Positions 1 through 10,924 of a stretch of DNA of 64,000 nucleotides are shown here, one piece after another. The notes beneath the pieces are model-generated. The model had not been told where the DNA came from. It searched no databases and saw nothing but the letters and a program-made list of their open reading frames with translations. The stretch comes from an uncultured Candidatus Rokubacteria bacterium. Its GTDB lineage: Bacteria > Methylomirabilota > Methylomirabilia > Rokubacteriales > DASRDR01. The translations under genes were made by a program, and so were the position numbers. The number at the start of each line of letters is the position of its first letter. Position 1 is the stretch's first letter. The DNA is taken from the NCBI GenBank assembly GCA_963708025.1, contig CAVPSB010000022.1, positions 32,001 to 96,000 of the forward strand, given 5' to 3'.

Positions 1-473
<473 letters not shown>

Positions 474-534
474 GACGTCCTCCGTTCTGCGTGTGGGTTC
501 CAGCGTGACGCGGGCTGCTGAATCTGAGCATCGG

Positions 535-938
535 TCAGACGGGCGGATCTCGGAGCCGTGGGGAGACGTATCGCTCGCCCCGGATGGCCCGCGGACCGCC
601 GGCATCAGCTCGTCGGCGGCGGTGAGCTTCAACACGCAGGCGAGGGCACCGGCCGCGTACCCGCGCTCCGCCAGCCTGGCGTCGTCGTGCACGGTGACGA
701 GCACGACCCGTGTGCCCGGCCACCGCGCCAGGAGCGCCACCGTCGCGCTGATCCCGTCGAGGCCGGGCATCACGATGTCCGTCACGATCACATCGGGCCG
801 CACCTCGGCGGCCTCGGCCACGAGCGCCCTCCCATCGGCGACCGTGGCGACGACCTCCAGCTCCGGCTCGAGCAGCGTCCGCAGCTCCGCCGCCATCACC
901 GGGTTGTCTTCGGCGAGGAGCACGCGCGGCCGCCCCAT
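535..938 (-). CDS. Single-domain response regulator (receiver); 1-bp frameshift near 590
   Basis: [13 protein letters not shown]...[15 protein letters not shown]...VLVTVH...VLK; the tail [10 protein letters not shown] lies in the adjacent frame. Confidence 0.8.
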
Positions 939-983
939 TGCCCGACTCTAGGCGCCGGGCGGCCCTCGGCGCTATTCGGAGAA

Positions 984-1003
984 CTCCGGGGAGACCCCCG
1001 TAG
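984..1003. promoter_or_regulatory. Imperfect palindrome, candidate response-regulator operator
   Basis: CTCCGGGG-AGAC-CCCCGTAG lies between two response-regulator genes, upstream of a minus-strand TAGAGT -10-like box at 945-950. Confidence 0.35.
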
Positions 1004-1029
1004 AAGTCCGGGGGTGGGAGGGCTAGAGG

Positions 1030-1671
1030 CTACCCACGCTCCGGCGGCGGGGCGAGGCCGTGCTCGATCGCGTACCGGATGAGCTCGGCCGTGGTCTCGA
1101 CCCCCAGCGCCTGCATCATCTGGTACTTGTGGCCCTCGACCGTGCGGGGCGACAGCCCCAGCGCCGCGGCGATCTCCTTCATGGTCCGCCCGGCCGCGAT
1201 GAGCCGCAGCACGTCGCGCTGCCGTGACGTGAGCCGGTCGCCGAGGGCTTCCCGCCTCGCCAGGTTCGCGAGGACATCCGGCGCGAGGCGCGGCGTCAGG
1301 TAGGTCCGGCCCTGGCGCACCTCGTGGATGGCGGCGATCAACTCCTTCCCGGCGGCCTCCTTCAGCACGAACCCGGCCGCCCCCGCGCGCAGCGCCTCGG
1401 CCGCCAGCCGGGTGTCCGCGTGCACGGTCAGGAAGATCACCTTGGCCGTCATGCCTTCTGCGCGGATCCGGCGCAGCGCGTCCAGCCCGGTCAGGCCCGG
1501 CATGGTGACGTCGGTCACGATCACGTCGGGTTGGAGCCGCCGCGCCGCCTCGAGCAGTCCGGCGCCGTCCGCCACGGTCCCGACGAGGCTGAACTCGTCT
1601 CGCAGGAGCGCGGCGAGCCCCGCGGCGACGACGGGATGGTCGTCAGCGAGCAGGACGGTCGCCCGGGGCAT
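1030..1671 (-). CDS. NarL/FixJ-family DNA-binding response regulator
   Basis: VLLADDHPVV receiver domain plus LuxR HTH LTSRQRDVLRLIAAGRTMKEIAAALGLSPRTVEGHK. Confidence 0.95.
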   Translation of the reverse strand: MPRATVLLADDHPVVAAGLAALLRDEFSLVGTVADGAGLLEAARRLQPDVIVTDVTMPGLTGLDALRRIRAEGMTAKVIFLTVHADTRLAAEALRAGAAGFVLKEAAGKELIAAIHEVRQGRTYLTPRLAPDVLANLARREALGDRLTSRQRDVLRLIAAGRTMKEIAAALGLSPRTVEGHKYQMMQALGVETTAELIRYAIEHGLAPPPERG

Positions 1672-4051
1672 CCGGTTCCTTGCGGAGCGGCACCACGATC
1701 CGAACCTCCGTACCGCGCTGCGGGCCGGTGTCGATCGCGATCCGCCCGTCGAACAGGCGGATCCGCTCTTCCAGGCTGACGAGACCCAGGCCGCGCCGGC
1801 GGCGCGGCTCCGTGAGGTCGAACCCGCATCCGTCGTCGGCGATGGCCAGCACCACGTCGCCCCCCTCGCGCGCCACGCTGACCCGGACGTGGCGGGCCTT
1901 CGCATGCTTGGCGACGTTCCCGAGCGCCTCCTGCGTGGCCCGGTACAGGCAGAGGGCGAGATCGACGGGCACCCCGTCCAGGTCCGGGTCCGCCCGGAAG
2001 GTCACGTCCATCCTCCCATGCGTATCCTCGAACTCACGGCAGTACCCCTCGAGAGCGGCCACCACCCCGACGTGCTGGAGCACGCCGGGGTGGAGCTCGT
2101 GCGAGAGCTGCCGGATGTCCTCCACGACGCTCGCGGTGCGCTCCTGCAAGCGGGCCAGCTCGCCCACCAGGTCGACCGGGCTCGCAGGAACCCGGCGCCC
2201 GAGGGTGGTCAGGGCGATCGAGAGCGCCGTGATCTTCTGGTTGACGCCGTCGTGCAGCTCTCGAGCGATCCGGCCGCGCTCCTCCTCCTGGGCGGTGATC
2301 AGCTGCCCGGCCAGGGTCTGGATCTGCGTGGTGCGCTCGTTCGCCGTGCGGTCGGCCCGCTGCCGGGCCAGCGCGTGGGCGAACACGTCGGCGAGCAGCC
2401 GGAGCCGTGTGACCAGCTCGTCGGGCCAGCGGCGTACCTCGCGGACAGCTCCGATCGACAGGCCGCCCATGACCGAGCTGCCCGCGAGAAGGGGGGCGAT
2501 GGCGGTCGACCGCACGCCCAACCGCGCGAGGGCCTGGGAGTCGACCAGGGGCTCGTCGAGCGGATCTCCGGGCGACGGCAGGCGAACGACGTGACCCTGG
2601 CGGAGCCGAGAGAAGAGCCCGGGCGCCTCGCTCTCTCGGATGACCGTCGGGAGGGGCGGAACGCCGGCCCGGGTCCACGAATGCGTGAGCCGGACCTCGT
2701 CCGACCCTTCTGGCAGCGCCCAGACCCTGGCCAGGTCCACCCCCAGGTCCTCCACGATCCGCCGCAGCCCGGCCTCGATCTGCTGACCGACCTGCTCGCC
2801 AGGGCAGGCCGCCAGCCTGGCCGAGAGGTCCGAGAGGAGCGTCTCGAACCGCAGCCGCTCGGCGAGGCTCCGCTGGGCGCGGCGACGGCGGAGATGCTGC
2901 ACCAGGAGGGCTCCGATGAGTCCGCTCTGGAGGAGAACCAGACTGATCGCGCCGACGACATACCCTCGATTGCGCTCCCACAGAGACGGCTCGTGGAACA
3001 GCACGACACTTCCCGGAGGCAGTCGCCGGCGATCGATCCGCCAGCGCTCGAGCACACGCGCGTCGAACACGTACGCATTGGTGCCCTCGCTCGTGGCGGC
3101 GGCCGGCCCCAGCCGCTCGCCCCGGAGGACCCGAAGCGCGAGCGCGGCCGCGCGCCTGGCCTGCTGCTCCCACCTCACGACGTAGCCCCCGACGATGCCC
3201 CGCCCGACATGGACGTCGAGGGGAGAGTAGACAGGAACCGATCCGGTCCGCGCGACGTGCTCCGCCACCTCGGCGTTGGTGAACGTGCGGCCGGCGCGGT
3301 CGCGCAGGAAGAGGCCGACGAGGATGACCGTGTGCTCGGGCAGAGCCGCAGCCTCCTTCAGCATCTCCTCGAATGTGCGATCGGTCAGCTCGATCGGCTC
3401 GAAGCGGTCCCGATAGCCCGCCGCCACCCGCTTGAACTCGACCGCCGTGGACGGCGTCGTACCCCCTCCCGAGACGAACGCGATGCGGCGCGTGTCCGGG
3501 TGGAGCAGCAGGATGAGCTCCACGTTGGCGCGCCAGTCGCGATCCAGCCATATCCCCGTGACGTCGGGCGGAAGCGGCACATCGGCGAGCGCGGCCTCAC
3601 GTCCGGCCACGAAGACCAGGGGAACGCCCGGAAAGATGGTGGCGCGATGGAGAAGGGCGAATCGAAGGGCGGGAGGCCCGACCGGAATGACCAGGGCCAG
3701 GTTGCGGCTGGCGTATTTCGCCCGCAGGAGGTCGAGCGTCGCACGCTCCACCTCCTTGTCCGGGAACCACGAGAGGTCGAGCGCCTCGGTGTAGAAGCGG
3801 ACCGGAGAGGCGGCATCGGCACCAAGAGCTGATCGCAACTCGCGGTCGACGATGGCGTTGGCCGGCAGGAGCATCGAGTCTGCGTAGAGTAGCAGGACAT
3901 CCTTCCGGGCTGGCTCCTCGGCGACTGCCGTTGCGGGCAACAGCACGGCGAGCGTGAGCAAGACGCCGACGACGCCGCCGCCGGCACCGGCTGCGAACAC
4001 TCTGGGCCGACGCGACAGTCCGTGACCGAGGGTCGATCGTGGAGGTCTCAC
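1643..4051 (-). CDS. Membrane sensor histidine kinase (periplasmic binding-like domain, TM, GAF, HisKA_3/HATPase)
   Basis: H-box EEERGRIARELHDGVNQ, N-box QEALGNVAKHA, G-boxes DDGCGFD and GLGL. Confidence 0.93.
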   Translation of the reverse strand: MRPPRSTLGHGLSRRPRVFAAGAGGGVVGVLLTLAVLLPATAVAEEPARKDVLLLYADSMLLPANAIVDRELRSALGADAASPVRFYTEALDLSWFPDKEVERATLDLLRAKYASRNLALVIPVGPPALRFALLHRATIFPGVPLVFVAGREAALADVPLPPDVTGIWLDRDWRANVELILLLHPDTRRIAFVSGGGTTPSTAVEFKRVAAGYRDRFEPIELTDRTFEEMLKEAAALPEHTVILVGLFLRDRAGRTFTNAEVAEHVARTGSVPVYSPLDVHVGRGIVGGYVVRWEQQARRAAALALRVLRGERLGPAAATSEGTNAYVFDARVLERWRIDRRRLPPGSVVLFHEPSLWERNRGYVVGAISLVLLQSGLIGALLVQHLRRRRAQRSLAERLRFETLLSDLSARLAACPGEQVGQQIEAGLRRIVEDLGVDLARVWALPEGSDEVRLTHSWTRAGVPPLPTVIRESEAPGLFSRLRQGHVVRLPSPGDPLDEPLVDSQALARLGVRSTAIAPLLAGSSVMGGLSIGAVREVRRWPDELVTRLRLLADVFAHALARQRADRTANERTTQIQTLAGQLITAQEEERGRIARELHDGVNQKITALSIALTTLGRRVPASPVDLVGELARLQERTASVVEDIRQLSHELHPGVLQHVGVVAALEGYCREFEDTHGRMDVTFRADPDLDGVPVDLALCLYRATQEALGNVAKHAKARHVRVSVAREGGDVVLAIADDGCGFDLTEPRRRRGLGLVSLEERIRLFDGRIAIDTGPQRGTEVRIVVPLRKEPDAPGDRPAR

Positions 4052-4809
4052 GTGTCAGCCAGCCATGCCCCGGCGGCCCCCCGGGGCCGGGCCGCAGGTC
4101 ACCTCGCGCCATCCCGTCCCGTGGGTCACGCACCCTCCGCCGGCTGCCATCACGAGGGGCAGGGCCCAGGGGCAGGTCCGCATCGCCCGCTGGGACAGCA
4201 GCTCGTCTTCGAGCAGCCTGCCGGTCGCGGCCGTCGGCCGGTTTCCCGCCATCGAGCTGTTCGCCAGCGCGTCAGGGCGTTCCATCTGGGCATGCGCCCA
4301 TCCGTGTCCACCCGCCAAAGCAGCCTAGCAGTTTCCCCCGGATCGTGGTATTGGACCTTGGTCGTACGCCGTGACGCCAGGCGCCGGGCACTGGCCGGGC
4401 AGGCGCCGCCCGCCGTCAACAGGTGTGTGGGCAGTGGGGGGCTCGGCCGCCATTCCCGGGGCCGCGAGCGGCCGTCCCCGCGCGCGAGGCTCCGTCACCC
4501 CCCCGGGATCCGCCGTGCACCGCTACCGGCGCGCCGCGAGCCGGCGGTCTCCAGGGCCGCCACCATGCGCGGACACGATCCGGCGGCCGATTACCTTTCA
4601 GGTAATTGACCGGTTCGCGCGCCGTGTGGTCGATGCCCACGGGAGGCGGCCGTGAGAACGAGGCGCGCGATCGGGCCGACGAGATGATAGCCCCCACGGG
4701 GGGCCGAAGGAGGAGCCATGGAAGCCAGGCCGCCTCCAGGTGAGGGGTCGGAGGGGCCGCGGCGAGGGGCTTCAGGACGGCGCTGTCACCGTGTCACCGG
4801 ATGGGTCTC

Positions 4810-5268
4810 CTAGCCCAGGCTCACCTCGTCGCTCAGCTCGTTCCGGTCGTCGGGCGCCCGCGGGAAGTGCCGGGCGAGCGTCTCCCCCACTTCCCGGACG
4901 GCGGCGACGAGGCCGTCGCGCGGACGCCCTTCCCGGAAGTGGACGACCAGCGCCGCCCGGAGCCGGTCCCAGTACTCGGCGCCGACCCGCTGATGCACCC
5001 CGGCGTCCCCGATCACCGCGAGCTTCCGGTCCTCGATCGCCACGTAGAGCAGCACGCCGCTCCGGAGGGCGGTGCGCGTCATGCCCAGCCGCTCGAACAG
5101 CTCGACGGCGCGAGCCAGCGGGTCGCCGGGACAGCGGGCGTCGAGGTGCACCCGGATCTCTCCCGACGTCCGGCCCTCGGCCGCCCCCACCGCGCAGGCC
5201 ACCTCGTGGAGGTCGGCCGACGACAGAAACTTGCGAACCCAGCGCGGCGGCCGCCGTCGCATCACCAT
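4810..5268 (-). CDS. TPM-domain (DUF477-like) protein
   Basis: AEGRTSGEIRVH...GVLLYVA...GDAGVH...NELSDEV; third gene of a lemA-TPM-TPM operon. Confidence 0.85.
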   Translation of the reverse strand: MVMRRRPPRWVRKFLSSADLHEVACAVGAAEGRTSGEIRVHLDARCPGDPLARAVELFERLGMTRTALRSGVLLYVAIEDRKLAVIGDAGVHQRVGAEYWDRLRAALVVHFREGRPRDGLVAAVREVGETLARHFPRAPDDRNELSDEVSLG

Positions 5269-6046
5269 TCCCCGCTGGCCCCGCCGCCCCCGAAGGTCCC
5301 GCCGCCCCCGCCGAAGCTGTCCGACGAGGAGCCGGAGCCGCCCCACGAGGAACCGGAGCCGCCCCACGGTCCCGACGACCAGCCGGAGTGACCCCGCGAC
5401 GTCGTCCACCCGCCCGGTCCCCCCGTCAAGCCGTGGGACCGCCGACGGGCCTCGTTCAGCGCGACGAGCAGCAGGGGCACCCCGACCAGCAGCATGACCC
5501 CGAGGCCGATCAGCAGGAGCGGATCGGGCCGGCCGGCCCGCTTCCCGGCCGGCGCCGCGTACGTCCCCGCGATCGCGGCCGTGATGGCGTCGACGCCCGC
5601 CGCGATGCCGTCGGCCACCTTGCCCTCGCGAAAGCGCGGCGCCACCACGTCCCGGATGATCGAGCCGGCCTGCGCGTCGGTCAGCCGGTCCTCCAGGCCG
5701 TAGCCCACCTCGAGCCGCATCCGGCGGTCGTCCAGGAAGACGAGGAAGATGACGCCGTTGTCGAGGCCCTTCTGGCCGACGCGCCAGGCCTGGGCCAGCC
5801 GGACGGAGTAGTCCTCGAGGCTCTCGCCGCGAAGGGACCGGAAGATCCCGACGACGACCTGGTTACTGGTGCCGCGCTCCCGCTCGATCAGGGTTCGCTC
5901 GAGCCGGTCACGGTCGGCGGGGGGCAGCGCCTCCGCGTAGTCGTTGACGCGGCGGGTGGGCGGCGGGGGAATCGCGAGCTGGGCCCCGGCCGCGCTCGCG
6001 AGGACCAGCAGGGTGACCGCGGCGAGCCACGGTCGGAGCGGCGTTA
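5262..6046 (-). CDS. TPM-domain (YgcG-like) membrane protein with Gly-rich tail; start codon uncertain
   Basis: RVNDYAEAL...WRVGQKGLDNGVIFLV...RLEVGYGLE, a TM helix, and the tail FGGGGGTFGGGGASGEW. Confidence 0.88.
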
Positions 6047-6634
6047 GAAGCTCACCTTGGGCGGGGCCTGGCTGCCGGGCGCCGCCTCGAAGTACGCCTT
6101 CTCCGTGAAGCCGCGGAAGGACGCCACCATGCTGCCGGGGAACATCCGGATCCGGGTGTTGTAGTCGCGGACCGCCTCGTTGAAGCGCATCCGCTCGACC
6201 GCGATCCGGTTCTCGGTGCCCTCGAGCTGGGTCTGGAGAGCAAGGAAGTTCTGGTTCGACTTCAGCTCGGGGTAGCGCTCGACGGTGACCAGCAGCCGGC
6301 TGAGGGCGCCGCCGAGCTGGTTCTGGGCCTCCTGGAACTTCTTCATCGCCTGCGGGTCGTTCAGCATCTGCGGCGTGAGCTGGATCCCCGAGGCGCTGGC
6401 GCGCGCGCGTGTGACCTCCTCCAGGACGGTCCGCTCCTGGGTCGCGAAGCCCTTGACGGTCTCGACGAGGTTCGGGATGAGGTCGGCCCGGCGCTGGTAG
6501 ACGTTCTGGACCTGGGCCCACTTCTCGTTGACGCCCTGCTCGCTCCGCACCAGGTCGTTGCTGATGCCGACACCCCAGGCGACGACGCCCAGCACCACGA
6601 GCACGATCACGCCGAGAGCGACCAGGCCTTTCAT
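6044..6634 (-). CDS. lemA: LemA family protein
   Basis: WAQVQNVYQRRADLIPNLVETVKG and YPELKSNQNFLALQTQLEGTENRIAVER. Confidence 0.95.
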   Translation of the reverse strand: MKGLVALGVIVLVVLGVVAWGVGISNDLVRSEQGVNEKWAQVQNVYQRRADLIPNLVETVKGFATQERTVLEEVTRARASASGIQLTPQMLNDPQAMKKFQEAQNQLGGALSRLLVTVERYPELKSNQNFLALQTQLEGTENRIAVERMRFNEAVRDYNTRIRMFPGSMVASFRGFTEKAYFEAAPGSQAPPKVSF

Positions 6635-6661
6635 GGCGAATCGAATTATACACTGACTCTT

Positions 6662-6772
6662 CGGGACCTCCCGCCCACCCGATCTTCGACGGCCTTCGGC
6701 CTGTGGCCCCCTCCCCCACCGTTGGACGGCCTTCGGCCTGTGGCCGGGGAGGGGGGGGTCGGAGGAACCGAA
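6662..6772 (-). repeat. Type A palindromic repeat with two hairpin modules
   Basis: Minus strand TCCGACCCCCCCCTCCCC-[CCACAGGCCGAAGGCCGTCCAA]-GGTGGGGGAGGGGG-[CCACAGGCCGAAGGCCGTCGA]-..GGGTGGGCGGGAGGT; matches five other loci. Confidence 0.85.
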
Positions 6773-6787
6773 CACACCCCGAAGCTC

Positions 6788-8017
6788 TCAGCGATGGCGG
6801 GCGAGGACGAGCGCGCCGGCGATCAGGACCAGCCCTCCCCCGCCCACGACCACCTGCTGTCCGGCGAGCTGGGCCAGGCCGCCGAGGAGGACGGGACCCA
6901 GGATCATGCCGGCGTCCAGCGAGATCCGGTACACGGCCAAGGGCGCGGGTGGCAGCGGGGTGCCGGCCCGATCGGACAGGACCATGGCCGGGATCATCCA
7001 CACCGCGAAGCCGCCCCCCACCAGGACGAGCCCGAGGACGAATGCGGTCGGGTGGCTGCCGGCGGCCAGGACGAGCCCCCCGAGGGCGACCGCGAGCGCC
7101 CCGCCCAGGAACAGCGGCTCACGCCGCACCCGGTCGATCACGACCCCGACCACGGACAGGCCGATCAGCTCGGCGACGTAGCCGGCGCCAAGCGCCCAGC
7201 CGATGGCCTGGCTCTCGAGGCCGTACCGGTCGTGACCGAGGAGCGGCGCCAGCGTCGCGAAGAGCCCGGACCAGGTCAGGCTCATGGTGAGGCACGCGGC
7301 GTAGATGGGCGCGAGCGCGCGCAGCTCGCCGCCCGGCACCCATCGCCCGGACGCCGCCTGGCCCGGAGGACGCCGACCGGCGTGCGGCCCGAGGGACGGC
7401 CAGGTCAGTCCGCAGAGGAGCATCACCCCGGCCGCGCCCAGGAAGACCGGGCGCCATCCCGCGTGCTGGGCGATGGTCGCGGCCAGCACGCCGCCCACCC
7501 CAAGGCTCAGGATCGCCATGCCCTCGAACGCGGTGGCCAGCCGCCCGCGCCAGGGCCCCGGCGCGGCCTCCAGCAGCTCGGCGAACACGGCGAGAAACGC
7601 GATCGACGACCCGAGTCCCATGACGAGCCGGCCGGCCAGGAACAGCGGGAAACCCAGGGCCACGCCACAGACCAGCGAGCCCGCCACGAGCCCGACCAGG
7701 CCCAGGAACACGGCCAGCCGGGTCCCCCAGCGGGCGCGGATCCGGCTCGCCGGGTAGCTGCCGGACAGCCGGCCGATCGCGTAGATCGTGTTGACGAGGC
7801 CGGCCTCGACCGTCGAGAGCCCCCAGTCGGCGGCGACGAGCGGCAGGATCGGCGGCAGCATCCCGACGGTGAACGCCGTCAGGACGTCGAGGACGAACAG
7901 CGGGACCAGCGGGCCGAGCACCGCGCGGGCGGAGGGGGCCGCCTCCGGTCCTCCGCGCCGGAAGACGTCCGGGGGGATGACCCCCGGACCCTTGCCGCGC
8001 GGCGACGTCGGCGTCAC
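6788..8017 (-). CDS. MFS transporter
   Basis: About 12 hydrophobic segments; motifs RIRARWGTR, GRLVMGLG, IDRVRRE. Confidence 0.9.
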   Translation of the reverse strand: MTPTSPRGKGPGVIPPDVFRRGGPEAAPSARAVLGPLVPLFVLDVLTAFTVGMLPPILPLVAADWGLSTVEAGLVNTIYAIGRLSGSYPASRIRARWGTRLAVFLGLVGLVAGSLVCGVALGFPLFLAGRLVMGLGSSIAFLAVFAELLEAAPGPWRGRLATAFEGMAILSLGVGGVLAATIAQHAGWRPVFLGAAGVMLLCGLTWPSLGPHAGRRPPGQAASGRWVPGGELRALAPIYAACLTMSLTWSGLFATLAPLLGHDRYGLESQAIGWALGAGYVAELIGLSVVGVVIDRVRREPLFLGGALAVALGGLVLAAGSHPTAFVLGLVLVGGGFAVWMIPAMVLSDRAGTPLPPAPLAVYRISLDAGMILGPVLLGGLAQLAGQQVVVGGGGLVLIAGALVLARHR

Positions 8018-10329
8018 CGGGCTCGGCCGGTCGTCTGCTCCTGCATGGCGCGCCAGAGCCGCTCCGGCGTGATCGGCAGGCGAGTCACCCGGACCCCGAC
8101 GGCGTCGAAGACCGCGTTGGCGATCGCCGGCGCGGTCGGCACCATCGCCGGCTCACCGATCCCGCGGGCGCCCCACGGGCCCATGCCCTCCCCGGACTCG
8201 AGGACGATCGAGGTGACGTCGGGGACGTCCAGCGCGGTCGGGATCAGGTACGTCATCAGGTTCGGCGTCACGGTGACACCGGCCGCCACCTTGTCCTCCT
8301 CGAGGAGGGCGTAGCCGATCCCCATGGCCGCTCCCCCCTCGATCTGCCCCTCGACGGAGTTCCGGTTGATCGCCTTGCCCACGTCGTAGCAGGCGGCGAG
8401 CCGCCGGACCTCGACCTCGCCGGTCGCCTCGTCGACCTCGACCTCCGCGGCCTGGGAGCCGAAGGTGAAGTCGGGGAAGACCTTGCCCTGGCCGGTCTCG
8501 AAGTCCATGACCTGGCCGGCCGGCGCCTGGTAGATGGCGAAGGCCGAGCGCGACCGGTGGGCCCGCGCGCAGGCGGCCGCCAGCTCCAGGAAGGAGACGG
8601 TCTTCGCTGGCGTGCCGTCGCCGCGTGCCCGGGCCAGCCCGTCGGCCAGCTCGATGGCCTCGGCCGGCACGTTGAGCAGCTCCGCCGACTGGGCCACGAG
8701 GGTCGCCCGCAGCTCGCCGGCCGCCTTGTAGACGGCCGAGCCCGACATGTAGAGCTGACGGGTCGCGGTGGTGGTGCCGGCCAGCGGCGTCAGGGCGGAG
8801 TCGCCGATGTGGATGGCGATCGCGTCGGTGGAGACGCCGAGCACCTCGGCCGCGATCTGGACCAGCGAGGCCGCCTGACCGCCGCCGATGTCCGGCACGC
8901 CCGTCCGGATGAGGACCGTGCCGTCCATCTGCAGCTCGACCCACGCGCTCGACCAGTCGTGGAGCCACACGATGCGGCCATAGGACGTCATGGCCGAGGC
9001 GAGGCCCCGCCCGACCCGCTTCCCCGGTCCCGACGGCGCGCCCCGCGGACCGAGCGCCTCCCAGGCGCGCCGCGCGGTCTCGGGCAGAAGCACCGCCGTC
9101 TCCAGCTCCTGACCCGAGGCGATGCGCTCTCCCTTGCGCAGGTAGTTCGTCTCGCGGAACGCGACCGGATCCAGCCCGAGCGTGTGGGCCAGGGCGTCCA
9201 TCTGGCTCTCGTAGGCGAAGGCCGGCTGGGCGGAGCCGAAGCCCCGGAAGGCCGAGGTCGGCGGGTTGTTGGTCAGCACCGAGACGCCGTCCACGGTGAC
9301 GTGAGGGATCCGGTACGGCCCGGCGGCGTGGACCATGGCGTAGAGCAGCGTCAGCGGCGAGAGGTAGGCGTAGCCGCCAGCATCCGAGATCAGCTCGACG
9401 GCGAGGGCGGTGAGGGTCCCGTCCTTCTTCGCCCCGTGCCGGTACTTCATGATGAACGGGTGCCGCTTGGTCGGCGAGAGGATCGACTCCTCCCGCGAGT
9501 AGCAGAGGCGGACGGGGCGGCGCGTCTTCGACACGAGGAGGCCCAGGAACACCTCGACGGTCACGTCCTCCTTGCCGCCGAAGCCGCCCCCGATGTAGGG
9601 CGCGATGATCCGGACCCGCGAGTGGGGGAGGCCGAGGACGTTGGCGACGTCCCGGAAGTGCTCGATCACCTGGGTGGCCACCCGGAGCGTGACCACGCCG
9701 TTCTCGTCGAGCCAGCCCACCCCGGCCTCCGGCTCGATGAAGGCGTGGTCGATGAAGCCGGTCCGGTAGGTGTGCTCGACGACGACGTCCGCGTCGCGGA
9801 AGCCGGCGCCGACGTCGCCCTTCCGGATCTTCCAGCGGGAGATGACGTTACCGGTCGGCTCGATCTGCGGGGCCCCGGGGCGCATCGCCGCCTCGGGGTC
9901 GAACACCCCGGGGAGGTCCTCGTACTCGACCGCGACCCGGCGCGCCGCGTCCTCGGCCGCCTCCTCGGTCTCGGCGGCGACCAGCGCCACCGCCTCGCCG
10001 AGGTAGCGTACGACCTCCTCGGCCAGCACCTGGGTCCGCGCCCGCAGGGGGCCGACGGCCGTCGTCTGGCCCGGCACGTCGCTGAACAGCACGTTGTGCG
10101 GGACGTCGCGGGCGGTGAGCACGCACTTCACGCCGGGCACCGCCTTGGCCGGGCCGGTGTCGATCTTCAGGATGCGAGCCGAGGGGCGGGTCGCCCGCAC
10201 GACGCGGGCGTGCAGCATGCCGGCGAGCGCCAAGTCGTCGGCGTAGCGGAGAAGGCCGTGGACCTTGTCGCGGGCGTCGAAGCGGGGGGCCCGCTCCCCG
10301 ACGGTGCGGAACCCCGGGGTCGCGCTCAT
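8014..10329 (-). CDS. Xanthine dehydrogenase-family molybdopterin-binding large subunit
   Basis: HAFIEPE, YIGGGFGGKED, AFRGFG, GQIEGG and ARGIGEP motifs; ATG overlaps the 2Fe-2S gene stop. Confidence 0.95.
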   Translation of the reverse strand: MSATPGFRTVGERAPRFDARDKVHGLLRYADDLALAGMLHARVVRATRPSARILKIDTGPAKAVPGVKCVLTARDVPHNVLFSDVPGQTTAVGPLRARTQVLAEEVVRYLGEAVALVAAETEEAAEDAARRVAVEYEDLPGVFDPEAAMRPGAPQIEPTGNVISRWKIRKGDVGAGFRDADVVVEHTYRTGFIDHAFIEPEAGVGWLDENGVVTLRVATQVIEHFRDVANVLGLPHSRVRIIAPYIGGGFGGKEDVTVEVFLGLLVSKTRRPVRLCYSREESILSPTKRHPFIMKYRHGAKKDGTLTALAVELISDAGGYAYLSPLTLLYAMVHAAGPYRIPHVTVDGVSVLTNNPPTSAFRGFGSAQPAFAYESQMDALAHTLGLDPVAFRETNYLRKGERIASGQELETAVLLPETARRAWEALGPRGAPSGPGKRVGRGLASAMTSYGRIVWLHDWSSAWVELQMDGTVLIRTGVPDIGGGQAASLVQIAAEVLGVSTDAIAIHIGDSALTPLAGTTTATRQLYMSGSAVYKAAGELRATLVAQSAELLNVPAEAIELADGLARARGDGTPAKTVSFLELAAACARAHRSRSAFAIYQAPAGQVMDFETGQGKVFPDFTFGSQAAEVEVDEATGEVEVRRLAACYDVGKAINRNSVEGQIEGGAAMGIGYALLEEDKVAAGVTVTPNLMTYLIPTALDVPDVTSIVLESGEGMGPWGARGIGEPAMVPTAPAIANAVFDAVGVRVTRLPITPERLWRAMQEQTTGRAR

Positions 10330-10802
10330 CGGTCGCCCACAATCATCCGGCGCGCGGCCGCCTCGGCGGCGTCGACGATCTTGTGGTAGCCGGTGCAGCG
10401 GCAGAGGTTGCCGCCGATCGCCTCGCGGATCTCCAGGCGGCTCGGGCGCGGACGCTCCTGGAGAAAGGCGTAGAGCGAGACGAGCATCCCGGGGATGCAG
10501 ATCCCGCACTGGGCGGCGCCCAGCTCGACGAAGGCCGCCTGGAGCGGATGGGGCGCCTCCGGGCCGCCCAGCCCGCGCACGGTCAGCACCGCCTTCCCCT
10601 CGGCCTGGACGGCCAAGGCCAGGCAGGAGTTGATCGCCTTGCCGTCCAGCACGACGGCGCAGGCGCCGCAGTCCCCGCGCTCGCAGCCCGACTTCACCTC
10701 GGTGGCGGCCAGGCGCTGGCGGAGGACCCAGAGCAGGGTCTCGTGGGGCTCGACCGGCACCCGGGTCCGCTCGCCATTGAGCGTCAGCTCGATCGTGAGG
10801 AT
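10326..10802 (-). CDS. (2Fe-2S)-binding small subunit (CoxS/XdhC-like); no canonical start at the expected position
   Basis: KSGCERGDCGAC...NSCL, QCGICIPG, GNLCRCTGY. Confidence 0.92.
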   Translation of the reverse strand: MLTIELTLNGERTRVPVEPHETLLWVLRQRLAATEVKSGCERGDCGACAVVLDGKAINSCLALAVQAEGKAVLTVRGLGGPEAPHPLQAAFVELGAAQCGICIPGMLVSLYAFLQERPRPSRLEIREAIGGNLCRCTGYHKIVDAAEAAARRMIVGDR

Positions 10803-10805
10803 TTT

Positions 10806-10922
10806 TGGGAACCTCCCTCCTACCCGATCCTTCGACGGCCTTCGGCCTTTGGCCCCCCTCCCCACCCGTTGGACGGCCTTCGGCCTGTGGCGGGGGGGAG
10901 GGGGGAGCCGGAGGAACCCGAG
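10806..10922 (-). repeat. Type A palindromic repeat with two modules, at the FAD/2Fe-2S junction
   Basis: Near-identical to 6662-6772. Confidence 0.85.
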
Positions 10923-10924
10923 TG

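Noticed and set aside
4055-4419. Short minus-strand ORFs, one Cys-rich, upstream of the kinase as a RiPP precursor
   Set aside because: No clear RBS, no codon bias and no modifying enzymes nearby.
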